A stretch of 64,000 nucleotides of DNA, taken from contig JAMDHS010000069.1 in NCBI GenBank assembly GCA_029717555.1, forward strand, positions 1-64,000, read 5' to 3'. A program made the translations under genes and the position numbers. Of this stretch, positions 1 to 14,600 are shown one piece after another. Position 1 is the stretch's first letter; each line of letters opens with the position of its first letter. A model generated the notes under the pieces. That model did not search any database, was not told the origin of the DNA, and saw only the letters and a program-made list of their open reading frames with translations. This DNA is from Peribolospora baueri. Lineage: Eukaryota.

Positions 1-24
1 TTTTTTTTCATCTTTTGCACGCAG

Positions 25-3000
25 GTGTTCGCCATCCCCCCAACACCGGGCTTCTACCGCTATGTTCGCATCGACTTTCTGGAGCACTACGGATCCGAAT
101 ACTACTGCCCCGTCTCGCTCCTTCGCATTTACGGCCTCACGCACATGGACGACTATAAGCGAGAGCTTGAGGAGGAGGAGCAGAAAGCTAGGCTTGGTTT
201 GGAGATGGAGATGGGAGAGAGAGTAGAAGGTTCTGGAGAAGAGGGGGAGGGAGGTTTCGAGACGGAAGACCTAGCGAAGGTGGAAGACGGAAGGTTCGCG
301 GATCCATCTCAGGAGACGAAAGAGTCGGCAAGGACGGCCGATGTATCTCCCCCGGAAATCGGAGAAGACGAGCACGCGGCGGTCTTACGCCGGGAAGAAA
401 CGGCGATCTCTTTAGAGGCTGTGTCCTCGGGTGTTCAAACCGATGCTGGAGTCGCGTCGGCGATGTCCACCATTGACCGTAGCGAGGCGCCTGCATCTTC
501 CAATCAGGCCGCGTCTGAAGCCTCTTCACCTGTCACCACTTCCGGAACCTCCTCACAGACTGGAGGATCACAGACTGGACGAGCAGCGAGCAGCTCATCA
601 GGCTCTTTATTGGAAAGGGGGAATGCGATAACGACGGGGATGGCGACGGCGATACGGTCAGACGAGCTTCGGGAACGTCAGGATTTTTCTATACGCTCTG
701 GAGCTTCACTTGACTCTCCGAACAATTCGACACAGGTATCTCATCGCCCAACGGTTGCCACAACTGCCCCAAGCCCTCCGGAGTCTCGCTCGGCCACCAC
801 GAACGGGACTGACATGATTCCAAGCACCGCTAGTGCTCCCGCTACTAGCTTGTCCCTATCCACCACCAACGCTACTTCGCAGTCCAGGGCAGCCAACGGG
901 ACGTCAGCTGGGCAGATCGAACCGTCTTCACCCAATGTTTCCTCCAACGTTGCGGTAGCGACGACGACCGTCTCTTCTGGAAGCCGTTCGGTCTCCAAGA
1001 GTGAAGTCGGTTCTCTTTCTCAGAATTCATCTTCTACAGTGTACCGAGCGGATACAACATCATCACTCCATAGTGGGGCACGAACTCCAGGAAACGGCAC
1101 CACCGACGTCTCGATGACGAAGGATTCTGCCGGGTCTCGCGCTTCGTCTTCTCCCTCGTCAGCATCTTCGACAGGGTCGATGGCGTCGACGTCAATCCCT
1201 TCTCCGTCCGCCAGTGGCCGATCTGCTCAGCACGCCTCACCGAGCGTGGCCTCCAACCGGACGTCGCACATACCCTCCTCCACGCCATCCTACCACGCCC
1301 CACCACCACAACCTCCACCGCCGGTCGCTGCAGGCGCCACCTCTGGGGGTGAATCCATCTATCGCACGATAATGAAGCGCCTCACCTTCCTCGAGCAGAA
1401 TGCGACGCTTAGTCTGCAGTACATGGAGGAGCAGAGTCGGATGATGAGGGATGTGTTCATGAGATTGGAGAAGAGGCAGGAGAACCGAGTCGAGGAGATG
1501 TTGAAGGCCATGGAGGAGAGGGGCAGGAACGAAATAGAGGGACTGGTGGGTGGTTGCTCTCCCTCAGCAGCTGCGTTATCGTTTGCAATGCCCCCAGCTC
1601 ACTTTTCCGCCCCTCTCCTCCATTTTCGACCATCAGAAACGACGGCAGCAGCAGGACTTGCAACAAGCATTTTTCCAGCTCGATGTCCACCGGCAACAGA
1701 TGGAGCTGGAGCGACTCGCACTGCTTTCCCAAGTCCATGTTCTGGCTGATGAGGTGCGATGGTAGAAGTCTTTCGAGCGGCGACGGCGTGCTACGAGCAC
1801 CCGATCCCAGTTCACTCACAGATGTTCCTTTTCCTTTTATCATACCCTGGCCTCATGCCGCATCTGCAGGTTGTTCTGGAGAAAAGACTCGGTATTGCCC
1901 AGCTCATCCTCCTGCTCGCTCTGCTCGTGTTCATGATCCTCACGAGGGGATCCCGCGCAGCACCTTCCTTCATCCCGTACTTGCTGTCGAGGAGCGGCAT
2001 GGACCGCGCCGGAGCCGGCCCAACGTTGGGTAGCAGGAGTACGGCGGTGCCCACTCCGGCCACAAGTCCTGTCCGCGGTCGGTTCGAGGGGGACCGAAGC
2101 GTTCCGCACATGGGTACGATTCGCGATCTCTCTCCTCGCCCCCCACTGACGGGCTTTCCCCCTCGTCCCCTTTCCGGTGGCCTTTCACCCCAGCCTTCTT
2201 CAAACGAGCCCGCCTCTGCTCGGGGCGTGGCCAGCGGCGGTCGTGTCACGCACGTTACGCACGTCCGATCACCATCCACCGGCCGTGCGACTGCCCATCC
2301 ACAGGCGCATGCAGCTTCGGCAGCGAGCCCTCGCTTCGTCGGCCCTAAGGGCCATAAACACTCTGCGAGCTTCAGCTTTGGCGGTGGCGGTCTCTCAAAC
2401 TCTACGAGACTTTCCAAGCTGAACCCGCCTGGTCAGATCAAGATCGCGATTGCCAACACGCATACGTCCAAGTCCTTAGGCGCCGCCGTTCGACAGGTCA
2501 TCGTCGAGGACGCGTCGGATGGGGATGCGGGCAGTGATGAGGACCACCTCGTGACGCCCACTGCGATCGCTTCTCCTCCAGCGTGGCCCGCCGGCGTGCA
2601 CGCGCACGCTTCGTCGAAAAATTCTAGGAAAGGAGGGGGAGGCCGAGGGGCACGGGCGGCGACGAATGACGGAGAGCGGTCGTACGAAACGCCGCGTCGA
2701 TTGTGGACGTCTTCATCTTCGTCCGATTCTCGGCTCGGAGGAGTCGTCGGCGGCGCCCGGCGTCGCCGATCCCTTGTCGTGTCCCCTTCCATGTCTTCAC
2801 GCGTTCGCACGGACCACGATCGAGGTGAATCGGAGGCGGAGAGTCAGAGCCAGAGCTTTAGCGATGACGTCCATGGCGCGGTTGACGGCGACGGAGAGGA
2901 CAGCTCTGCGGCGGAGGCAGAGGCAGACGCTCTGGCGCGTCTGACGGATGAGGCGGCGGGCGAGGCGGACGAGGCGGCCGTGGAGGAGGAGATGGAGGGC

Positions 3001-3057
3001 TCGGCGGCGGCGCTGTCCGCTTCGGCGTCAGAGGTTGAGAGCGTACGATCACCATAA
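25..3057 (+). CDS. SUN-domain (Slp1/SUCO-like) ER membrane protein, 5'-partial, spliced
   Basis: Opens after a pyrimidine tract/CAG acceptor with YRYVRIDFLEHYGSEYYCPVSLLRIYG (SUN domain end). Later GGESIYRTIMKRLTFLEQNATLSLQYMEEQSR is typical of the Slp1 family, then a TM segment LGIAQLILLLALLVFMILTRGS. Introns near 1547-1636 and 1752-1869. Stop TAA 3055-3057. Confidence 0.85.
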
Positions 3058-3355
3058 CGTCAGTATAGTCGTCGCACACCATTGCTCCCCCATCTTGAAT
3101 CTCTTTGCAACCATACCTGACACGTTGAATTCTAGCAACCATCCCATCGTAAACTCGTTACTACATCCATTCTCGTACGAGGTAGTTATATGAAAGGAGA
3201 AAGCAATTTCAATAGATATCGAAACGGATATCAGGATATGCACAGCGCACGAAACGAAGAATTCAAAACGACCGAATCGAAAGACACGAGACGCTGGCAG
3301 CAAGTGGCGTACGGGGGACGTTGTCGGGGTAGTTGGCAATTTCGAGTTACTGCCC

Positions 3356-6300
3356 TCATTCGACGTCGTACTGTGCGGGGATTGTTGGACGACGGACGGG
3401 TTTAGCGACAATGTCCGACTCTCAGCGGGCGGTCTCGACGCGACGCGAAAGGAACCTACCATGACGGCGAGGGAGGCGGGGAAAGGCGACTCCTGCGACG
3501 TGGCGGAGAGGTAGATGTGTGCTTTGCTTCCCGCAAGCTCCTCGGTGATGCGCGTGAAGTGGCCTGCCGCACCCGGGGCCCTGCGCAAGTTCTTGAGCTT
3601 GAAGACCTGGGCGCGGGCAACAAACATGCCAAAGGTGGACGAGGATGAGCGAGAACAGGGGACTCTCTCGTCTCCACGACAGGGGGACGGGACACTCACC
3701 TCCTTGAGAACAGCACGTATGGAAGTGCCGACGAGCTGTTGGCAGTCCAGCAAAGCCAAAGACCCGTCTAGTCAGCTTCCGGAGACAGGAGCGAATGGCC
3801 GCGCGCGCTTTACCCACCCGAGCACCCAAGCAATAGTGGACTGAAAGCGAGAAAGGAGAGGCGAACGACACGTGAGCAGAAAGAAACGGACAAGTAACGT
3901 GGTGGCCTTGACGTGACTTACGACCGTGACCGAGCTGACGAAGGAGAAAAAAAAAAAAGCGAAACAGCGTCGTCAGCGCGCCTCTTGGAGCTATACTGTC
4001 GCCTTTATACTCACGAGCATATAGCTGTTCTTCGGCCGCTTGGGATCGATCTTCTCGGGATTGGGGAAGACGGTCGGGTCCTGGACGGACGAATGCGCGC
4101 GCGCGCGCCAAAGATGATTGAACTCACCTGCTCAGCTCGAGGTTAGCATAGGACGAACGCTCACCATGTGTGCGTTTGAGGTCGAGATGAGGATCTTGTC
4201 GCCTTTCTTCAAGGACAGAGTGCGGTCGCCATCCCGGAACTCTGCGTCCTTGTTAAGGACGCGAGGGAGACCGAGGACGACGGGGCTAAGGCGAAGGCCT
4301 GGAGGGTCGTAATGAGCAGGAAGGACGGCAGAAAAAAGTGTATAGGGGCGGCGCGTCAGCTACGGTTGTGAGGCAAGACAAGAATTTAATTGCCCCACTC
4401 GCCTTCCCAGATGTAGCCAAGGAGCTCATCGTCGGCCTCCTTGGTGTCTTGGTGCGCCAGTTCGATGATACGGTTCTTCTCCGCCTCGTATTGGGGAGAG
4501 AGGTACAGGTCTACGAGGAGCGCGGACTACATGTCGAGACAAAGACCCTTGGCGTCAGTGAGGAACAGATGCTGATCCGAGATGCGCAAGAGAGACTGAC
4601 CTGCTGAGTGATGTTTCCAGCGATAGGAATCATGGATCCGATGCAGCTACGAGACGAGCGCAAGACGAGGTAAACAACGATCCTTCGCGCGTGGTTTGCC
4701 GACGCAATACTCACTCGCCCACCAAATCGCCGACAGACCTTCCGGACGCGAGAAGCGTGCGGTAGAAGGCGTGCGACTTCGAGCTCCCTCTGAAACGAAC
4801 GGGCAGAGAAGCAAAGGATGAGCTCATCTGCCGAATGGAAAACTTTCATCGCGTCACTCACTGCAAGCCCATTTTAGAGCCAAAGACGCCGGAGAGGCGG
4901 TTCTGCCGACGTGGAAAGCGCGGTCAATGTCAGCGGTCGAGAAGAGGCGGATGAAAGGAGACGCACCATGATGCCGCCGTTGGACTTGAGACGAGCCTCG
5001 ACGACGCCGCGGAGAACCTCTGAGCTCTTCATGGCGCCGTCGCGGAGAGCCCAGCTTGCCTTGGGCACCTGGTCGAAAGAGGTGTAGACGAAGAGGGCGA
5101 CGAGCATCAAGTGCAGCTCGGGCGGTGAAAGGAGGCCATGAGGCGTCTCGGCAGTCTTGAGGGGAATGCCGTACACGTCGGCGATGTACATGATGGGGAC
5201 GACGTTGCAGACGTCTCGAACGACGTCGAGGTACCTAGCGTTGGTCCCGGAGAAGTTGAAGCTCTTCTGTTTGATGAGGGTCGCCGACTTCTTGGCGTAG
5301 AAGTCGTTAAGGGGACCCTCGAAACTGGTCAAGCGGCGACCAAGGGGGGCGAAGGCGAAAACGTCACGAGGCGTTCCGCGCTCAAGCCAGCTTAGAATAA
5401 CCTTTCCACTCACCCAGGCGGGAAGAGACCGTTCTCGAGAACGGCCTTGGGGGGATCGTGACGAGGCTCGTCGTCGTAGCCGATGAGGAACTGAGATGGC
5501 GGAGGAAAGGAAAGAAGAAAAAATGTCAGGCGCAGGACGCGGAGCCACGTCGTTCCAAAGGTCACTCACTCCGTGACCGTTGGTGACTTTCCTGGAATGG
5601 CGAAAGCAGGCGGTGAGCGTCCAAAATGGGCCGACTAGAACTATGGAAAGGGGAGACTCACTTGATGTTCCCCTGATACTGAACTCCAAAGGTCTCCCTG
5701 TCCTCTGTTGGTGGAGGGCACGTCGAGTCGAAATGATTAGTCCAACAAGGCGTTTAAAGCCGAATCTCGCACGCATGAGCGACTCACCAAAGACTTTCTT
5801 GCAGCCGGCAAAGGTGTTTATTCCCACCATGGGCCTGGCCGAGACGGGGCGAACGGTGTCGTACAGCTGGATCTTCTTGTTCTTGGTCTGTGCGGACATG
5901 AAAGGACGGCTTCAGCGGCCGACGCAGCCCATATGCTTGTCCGAAACGTCGACGACTGACCAAGGCGTCCTGGATGGCTTGCGGCGTATAGAAGGGGAAG
6001 GTGGCGTACGTCGAATTGTACGGGTAGGCTTGGGGCAGAACGTTCATCATGATCTTGGTGAGCATGCCTCCGTAGCTGCCCGGGTACGGCGTCATCTGCT
6101 CAAAGCCCCAACTGGTGAGAGTGCCGACACCAAAGTCGGTGCTTAGGAAGCGGTCGCCACGGACGAGGGATACCGCATCGTCGAGAATAGCGCGTCCGAT
6201 GGTGTGGCCGGGGCAGACGCCGCTGCCGGGCATGGCAGGCTTGGCTTCTTCAGCGAGAAGACCGGGGTAAAGCTCGAGGTTGTCCTGCAGGCAACGCGGG

Positions 6301-9041
6301 GGGCATGGCGTCCAAATACGGATACATGAGCGGGCATCGTGGCCGACGAACACGACTACGGGAGCTCACCGGGTGTCCGTAGAGCTTTTCGGCCACAGCC
6401 GCGATCTCTGGGTCGCTGTTCCACTCGAGGAACGTGGAGAAGGGCTTGAGGTTGAGGTACTACGAGCGCAACAGAAGGGAAGACCGAGTGGCGTACGTCA
6501 ATGACCGGCCGGCGCGCGGTACGCTCGGATGAGGAGACTAAAGTCACCTTGCGCATTTCGTTCATCGTGCAGACGTTGAACGCCTCCCTGCAAGGACAAA
6601 GAGAAAGGAGAAGAGATTGGCCGGATGTGCGCTCCACAACCCAGACAAAGCGTTAAGTCACAAACACACCTAGCCTGCATCATGCCCATGATGTCGACAA
6701 TCTTGAACACGCCAGGCGAACCCCTGGCCTTGAAGGCGCCGGCTGGCTCGTCGGTGGCATTCTTGAGGATCTCTGCGAGAGCATCATCGTCGTATCGACC
6801 GTCGGGACCGCGCTGGAGACCGTGGATCTCCCATTCCTTCGGTTCTTTCTTCTCCAGCTCGGCCTCGGCCTTGGCGGCAACGGTGAAGAATTCGCGGGGA
6901 GTCAGAGTGGAGAGGTCACGGTCGGGGCTGAGTACGAAACGGGGAGCAATAGGAAGGAGGTGAGAATGGTTGTCCGAGGCGATACAATAAAGTAGGTGCG
7001 GACGACTCACAAGGTTTTACTGGGACGGGCGGAGGGTCACGAGCGAACGAAACGAGGTGGGCAACGTGAACGAGGCGAAAACAAGAAAGGACAAACGACC
7101 GCACATCGTGCTCGAGCTTAAACGGTCACACTCACGAGAAGAGCGCCTCGGTCCACTTCTCGTCGGCGACGCTCAGAGCAGCGTGCCAGCGGTAGAGGAC
7201 GTTGAACTCGCAAGAAACGACGTTGCCCTGTGGGTTCGCCGGTGCCGATGCGAAGGAAGACGAGTGAGCTTGAGCCGGGGAAGAGGTACGGACGGGAACG
7301 GGCGCCTCTCGTCGACTCACCGTGCCCCTAGGCAACCTCTGTCCGACGCCGGTCATAATCTCAGCGCCGAGCTGGAGGTTCCAGCTCGAATCGGCCCTGA
7401 CGGTGTTGAGGATGGCGGATACATAGTCGCGCAAGACGACAGAGGCGAAAAAGGCGACGTTGATGTTTCGCGAGAGCTGGAAGATGTCCTCGTCCTGCCA
7501 CTTCTTCTGTTCGTCCGTCAGCTTGGACAGGTCCGAGTTGTAGCGTCCGGACTCGTTGCTGTAGGGGGTGGAGTTGAAAAAGTGAGCAAAGTCGTACCTG
7601 GGGGCGGGGAGAGCATGCTCACGACTCACATCTGGAGCAACTTGTGGGCGATGTAGTTGTGCTGGAGGACGAAGGCTTCGTGAGCGGGCATCCGTTTCTG
7701 CTCGCGCCACGGCGGACGTTCCATGGCTCACGTTTCTGGAAAACATGATCAAGACGGCCGTGACGGCGGGGGGCATCATCATGATCCTGGAGGACGAGAT
7801 GACGTCGGGCCAGAGGAGGCCGTTCTCGAACGAGCGGACCTTGTTCTGCTCTTCCTGGTTGTTGCCATAGAGGGTGGAAAGGTCGACGTAGGAGGAGGTG
7901 TCGTTGATCCAGAATTTCTGAGTGCATAAGGGAAAGAGAGAGGGAAGCGGCGAGGGCGGCGTCAAGACCGGAGGAAGAGAGAGCTGACGGCGAGAGGATA
8001 GACGCACCTCGCGGTTCGTCTGGAAGCACTCGTGGATGACGAGGGTGGCGAATGCGAAGAAAAAGCTGGACAGGCCGCTCGGGTGGGGCACGAACTTGTC
8101 CCTCTAAGGTTGATGGGCCGTCCGCCCAAAGGGTGGTATTGTTGGGCTTATCAGCGCTCACTCACGGTCGACGTGCGCGTGCGTGAAGGAAAGAAGGCAA
8201 GGCCATGTTCGCGTGTCCGCTCACTCACCTTAAGGAGCGCATCAAAGATGACGCCGGGGTCGGGCAGGTTGGCTGGCCTAGCAACCGCAGCGAAGGGGAA
8301 CGGAAGTCTGAGTCAGTCATCCGACACACATCGAACGCTTAAGACGGAGCGCAAACGTGGACAGGCGGACGACTGACTTGGGCGTGCGGGGGGTCACGCT
8401 CCTGCTGTAGGAGGAGCCGGCCTTGCCGAGATCTGGAAGGTAAGGGTTGTTGCCACTGCCGTCGGCGGAATGGTAGCGGCCCTCGGGTCCGAGACGAGTG
8501 ATGGGGGGGTGGGGGAGGTCGTTCCAGAGGACCTGTATGGGGAAATGCGACGCCAAGGACGGGTGCAGGCCGACGACAGCAGAGGTCAGTGAAGGGGCGC
8601 GGTGAAAGGGGAGGACGAGCCAAACTCGCCCCGATGAATTTGTCCGAGAGCTCCTGGCTCGATGCAGAGTGCTCGGGCAAAGTCTGCAAGAGCGCTACGC
8701 CGTGCTCGAGCAAGAGCTTTCTGTCGTCGAGGGGTTTGCCGCTGGCCATGGTAGTGATGCCCTGAGCGACGGCGCGTCCATCGGCAAAGAGCCTTCCCTT
8801 CTCGGCCTGGTTGAGGAGGTCGGTGAGAAAGCCGGTGCGCTGGGTGTCGACGGTGGGCGCGGCGGCTTCGTCGTTGGTGAGGCCGTCGGGAGCGTCGGAA
8901 GGGGCTGCGCGGATCTTGCTGACGAGCTGAGAGGGAGAGACGGAGAGAAAGACGGGGGTCAAGTGAGCGGGACGCGAGGCGAGGGCAGGAGACGGAGCGA
9001 GGGTCGAGGTGACTGACCGTCCCGAACTTGGAGCCAGCCAT
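3356..9041 (-). CDS. Fatty-acid dioxygenase-cytochrome P450 fusion (Ppo / linoleate diol synthase family), multi-exon
   Basis: Peroxidase motifs WNDLPHPP..YHSADGSGNN, FFFAFATLVIHECF, INDTSSYVDLSTLYGNN, SCEFNVLYRWH, LELYPGLLAEE, AILDDAVSLVRGDRF. P450 part has EGLRLSPVV (ExxR) and HYCLG near 3825-3840. ATG 9039-9041 (MAGSKFGT); last mini-exon YDVE* ends at 3356. Confidence 0.9.
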
Positions 9042-11602
9042 ATCGATATGCGGTGGTGGTACGAGGAGGGCAGTGGAGGAAAGGGGAGTGAGTGAGGGTG
9101 GAGGAAAGAGTGAGCAAGAGGGGGGAGCAAGTTGCGGTAGAGGGGAGAGGTGTGTCGTGTCAAGAGCGAAAGCGGAGGGGGTTCGTCTGTCGGTGGAGGG
9201 GGAGAAAAGTAGAAAGTAGTGAGAGGAGGGGTGAGAGACGAAAGAAGACAAGGCGAAGCGAGGCGAGGCGATTCGATGGAATGGACGCCGGCCTCGATCT
9301 ATCCTTTCTCTCTCTGAATACTGACCTCGCCCGACCAACAGCACAGCACGCCAACTTCTCTCTCTGTGATCAATGTGATCTCCTGGTCGTCAGTCCTGGT
9401 CACGCACGTCGCTCGCTGCCCCGCCCCGCGCTGCGCCCGTCTGCACCGTCGATCGACCCTTTCGCCGTTGTTAGCCCATCGCGAGCGGAAACGTCTTTCG
9501 TTCCATCACCGTCCCCTTGCATTCCGCGCCGCCGCCGCCGACGTCGCCTGGTGAGGTAAGACAGGCTAGGCGATGCAATGCGATGCGACGCGATGCGAAC
9601 ACAAGAGCTTGCGCTCGTTGGCGCCAGAAGCACGTCCGCGGCCGGAGACCGGGGACGATTTGGGGGACGGTGCGCGCCTCGGTCGGTCTATTTTCCGCCG
9701 CGGACAGTAGCGTAAAGTAATGCACGTCCAAGCAATAGGCGCACGGACGCGAGAAGATGGGGCCATGGACGACCGCGGCTGAGCGAGGCGCGTGTGCGGG
9801 CGTGATGTGGTGAGTAGGATTGGGTGAGCAGAACAAAAGAAAAGAAAAAATAGAACGGCGGCTAAGACTGGAGACGGTGGGTTAGCAAAGACCAGGCGGG
9901 CGCCAGCTCGTTATTTCCGTTCCATCCGGGCCTAGGAGGCGGGAATGAGACGACGATGATGACGAGCGACGATGACGAGCGACGACGACGAGCGACGACG
10001 ACGATGTGGACGAGGCGAGGGCGGCGAGAAGGAGAAGGACAGAAGGACATGTCGACCGAGCGAGTGGGCGGGTGCTGATCACGAGACGTGGGAGAGATGA
10101 GAACAAAGTTGGTAAACTTAAACTTTTGGGCCGCGCTAGTTTCGCCCCGGCGTCGGCTTTAGCCCTATCGTCACATGCTAACGCGGGTCAGGACTCGACA
10201 TGCTCATGCTCGCACTCCCACTCGCCGCCGTCCTCGCCTCCATTCTCTCTTCGGGGCGCGCCGGGTGACTCGGACGTGCTTTCACCCACCATCACGACCC
10301 GCCACCGATGAGCGGGGAACCACCACCAACGATGTCGATGAAAAAAGAAGCGCGATCAAAAAACGCGCGGGCGGAAGCATTCATCATCAGGGTCCCGCGC
10401 ACGACACGGGACAGACAGGCTCAGCATGCGTCCATCCCTCCGCGACGCCCCGTCGCACCTTGGACGGGACGACGCGGTGGGCCTTGCGCTTGTGTCGGCG
10501 GCATCGCTGGCCACCTCCGTCTTCTGCGATGACGGCACGCGCCGCCAGCAAGCACAAGGTTCCTGCTATCCTATCCAAAATGCCCCATGGCCCGCTCGCG
10601 CTTGCGGTATGCTAAAAATAAAGTTATAGTCCGACCGACCGGGACCGGCACGCGCGCGACTGCATGCATGATCGCGGCGAATCGATCCGTCATTGTCGCT
10701 GTCGTTGTCGTTGTTAGTATCATTGCCATTGTCAACGGTTAGCTGTTGTCGTCGTCGTCGTCATCGTCATCATCGTTGCGTCGTCCTGTCATCCTCCTCG
10801 CCGTCCTTGTTCTTTGCTTGCCTGGCCGTCTCCCTCGTCACACGGCAGCTTTCTCCGCCTCGCTTCGCCAGTCATTCCTGCATCGCTTCCCTCTCACCCG
10901 TTCGCCCGTTCGCCCGTTCCATCCATCTCCCTTCTTTCAATCTAACTTTTTCTCTTTTTTTCTTCGATTTTCCCGCCTTCCGTCATGCGCGCTAGCGTAG
11001 CCCACCCACCCGACGAGGCCAGTCAGCCGACCAGACAGCGAACGGACTAATCCCGCTCCTCTTCGTCCTCCCCGAGCCCGAGCGAATGCAGTGGTTCGCT
11101 CGACTCGCCCACGTTCTGTCATCGAGGGGCGAGCGCGCACGAGAGGAAAAAAAGAAAGGTCGCGTCCGGCGAAAGGGCATCCTCCGGCCGTCGCACGTTT
11201 CAGTCTCCTTCTCCTTTTTCTTCTTATCCACCTTCCGTCCCAAGCGTCAAGCGTCGCCCAGGTGAGCAACTCGAGGCGAGGCGGGGCGAGCGTGGGCACG
11301 CGTGGCACGACGCCTTCCGTGTCGAATCCAAGCCAGCCCATCCCATCGTTCGTGGCCAGGCGGCCGTGGACGGACGCCGTGGACCGTGAGCAACTTCACT
11401 TTCTCTTTCCATCGACGCTGGACCACCGCAGCGCATACACGAGCAATCGAAATCCAACTATTTCCACCATCACGATCTAAAACCTGAGCCGAACCGAACT
11501 GTCACGCCTGCCCGCCACGACCGAGCTCCTAAAAGGAACCCGACCCCTCGTCCCCTTCCTCTTCACCACCTCGACGGATCCCTCTGCACTTCCACAGACA
11601 AC

Positions 11603-14600
11603 ATGTCCGCGACGAACCCCGAGCCCGCCAGCAAGGCGGCCGCACCCCTTCCGAGGGCCGAGTCTCTCGTCCCCATCGACTCGCCCACCAGGCCCACTCA
11701 AGACCCTACCAAGGACGTCGACGAAAAGGCCAACCAGTCATCCCAGCAGCAGCAGCTGGTGGGCGAGCGCGAAAACGAGATCGAGATCAAGAACGACCTC
11801 ACCGTCCAATCGCCTCCCACCGCAAAGCCCGACTCCGACGGACAATTCACGCCCCCGGCTTATAGCCCTCCCGCCAACCTGCCCGCCGTCATTCACGCCG
11901 CTAGAGATCAAGCCGCCCCCAGGCCGCGCAGGAATCTTGTGCTGTGCTTTGATGGCACTGGCGACCAGTTTGATAAGGTTAGCAGACGATACAGGCCCCA
12001 GACGGAGACGGAGAGTGAAACTGAGCCCTGCCTTTCAAAATAACGTGACGATGTTCAGGACAACAGCAACATCGTTCAGCTCTTCCGTTGCCTCAGGTGC
12101 GTCTCTTCTCCCGGCAGGGCGGTCGCAGGCATGTATGTCACTCACTCAGTCGTTTTGAATTGGACCTTCTTTTGCCCCGGACCGGATAGGAAGGGACGGA
12201 GGCACAAGCAGCTCGTATATTACCAGGCCGGCCTCGGAACCTACAACACAACCCAGTCCGCCAACATAGTCGTGGTCAAAACCTCAGAGATACTCGACAT
12301 GGCCGTCGCCTCCGGCCTCGGCGATCACGTCAGAGGTGCGTGGGCCGTGGGCAAACTCCACTTTCCATTCGCGAAGATGACACGTTGCTCCTCTTTTCAT
12401 TCCTGGACAATGACAGCCGGATACCAGTTCCTCATGCAAAATTGTGAGCTTGCACGTCCTTGGAACCAGGAGGGTATGATCACGCGCTGATTTCAAGACG
12501 TCTGCAGACATCGAAGGAGACAAGATTTGCCTCTTCGGCTTTTCTCGCGGAGCATACACCGCGCGTGCCCTAGCTGGCATGCTTCACAAGGTGCGGAGTC
12601 GTGCCGGGGCAGCCCACAGAAGGAGAGCGTTCGCTGACGCCGTGAGGCATATCTGCGCTTTGTCGCTTCAAAGGTCGGCCTGCTGCCCAAGAGCAATCAT
12701 CAGCAAGGTGAGCCCGTGCCTTGGTCTCCCAGGCTTTCTGTATCGGAGGTACGTACGCTCCGAAATGAAGGCTCATTCGACGATCGACGCGCGCAGTGCC
12801 GTTCGCCTACCGCATGTACAAGCGCGACGATAAGGTGGGGTGGAAGATGAGCGACCTGTTCAAGAAGGTCTTCTCGATCGACGTGCAGATCGAATTCATC
12901 GGCGTCTGGTGAGACCAATGGGACTGGTTTGCATCAAGGCGCACCGGTTCGGTCCGAGCTTGTTCACGGACGCATGTCGTCCTCTTTCTGCATCTCCGAC
13001 CTACAGGGACACTGTCAGCTCTGTCGGGTTCTTCTCTCGCGTCCTGCCCTTCCACAGATCGTGCGTATTCCTTGATTTCCATGTCGTTCGCCCACCCCAC
13101 CTTTCCTCCCTCGCCATTGCAAATGGGCCATTCGCCCTTTCCCCGCTCGCTAATAGGCCATTCACCCTTTCCCCGCCCTTTCTAGAAACACCGCTGTCCG
13201 CTACTTCCGCCACGCTCTCTCTCTCGACGAGCGTCGCGCCAAGTTCAAGGCCTCTCATTGGCTCCAGCTGGCCGACGAGGAAGACAGGCTGAAGCAGTTC
13301 GCCGAATCCTCCGGCGGCGCCGGTCTGGGTACGAGCGCTAGCGAGCGCTCCGAGGAAGCGCCGGCCACGAGCGACAAAGGGGCCGCTTCCCCTCCCACTT
13401 CTCCAGCGGAGGCGACCTCCCCCGCTGCGACGACGCACGACGACGCGTACAACACCGCCACTACGGCCACGAGCAGCAAGATGCGCCAGTCGAACTCGAG
13501 CCAGCGTCGCCAAAAGCGCCGCGGAGCCTCAGTTCTCAGCGGCCTGAGCGTCCACCATTCTGATCCTCGTGACGAGGCGATTGACGAGGTCGAATTTGAG
13601 ATGAAGCATGGCGACCTTCATAAGCAGACGGACGTGAAGGAGGTGTGGTTCGCCGGTTGCCACTGCGGTGGGCTATTTTTTTCTCGAGGCGCCCCTTTCA
13701 ACCGTGTCTGGTTGTGCATTCCGTCGAAGCGACGGCCAACTGAAATGGCTTCTTTCCGCTCTTTCTCCTTCTTTCGTCGCCTACCCGCCCTTTCTCCTTC
13801 TTTCCTCGCCTACAGACGTCGGAGGAGGCTCGGTGCCGAACGAGACGAGGCACTCGCTCTCGCGCATCCCCTTGCGCTGGATGATCCGCGAGGCCTTCCT
13901 CTGTGACACCGGCATCCTCTTCGAGACGGACGGGTTGATTGAGATGGTGAGCCGTGCCGTGCGCTCCTTTCGTCCTGACGTGCACCCTTCGGGCCGGGCC
14001 GGTATGCTGAAACCCGTTTCGTTGTCCTGACACGATGTCCCCAAGGGTCTGGACGTAGAGACACTCTACCCCGTCGTCCTCCCTCGCTCACTTCAGATGA
14101 AGGACCTGCCGCCGCTGCCAGAACCGAAGAACGTGAACAGGAAGAAGGAAGGAAAGGGATCGACTCTCGAAAAGGGCTCTCTTCCCGATGAGACGAGGAT
14201 GCCTGAAGACTACGAGGACTATTACGACTCGCTGTCGCCCATCTATGACATGCTCGCCGTGAAGAAGGCTTGGTAGGCGGACTTTGTCTCCTGCGTCTTG
14301 CCTTCTTGCGCCGTCGTTCGGCCTCTGACCAGTCCCCGTCTTCCGTCTTCCAGGTGGACCTTGGAGGTGATCCCTATCAAGGAGTACTTCCTCACGAAGA
14401 CGGGCGAGTGGGAGAAGTATTTCGGGTAAGTATTACCGATTTTCCTTTCTCCTTGCCCCGACTTGACCCTCTTATTCCTGCCGTGGCCTCGCCCGCAGTC
14501 TCAACCTAGGCCGTCACCGCGCCATTCGCCAGCCCGAGCCGATCCTCCACCGCTCAGTGTTGGTCAGGCAGCAGAAGCTGGGCTACCGCATCAAGTCGAG

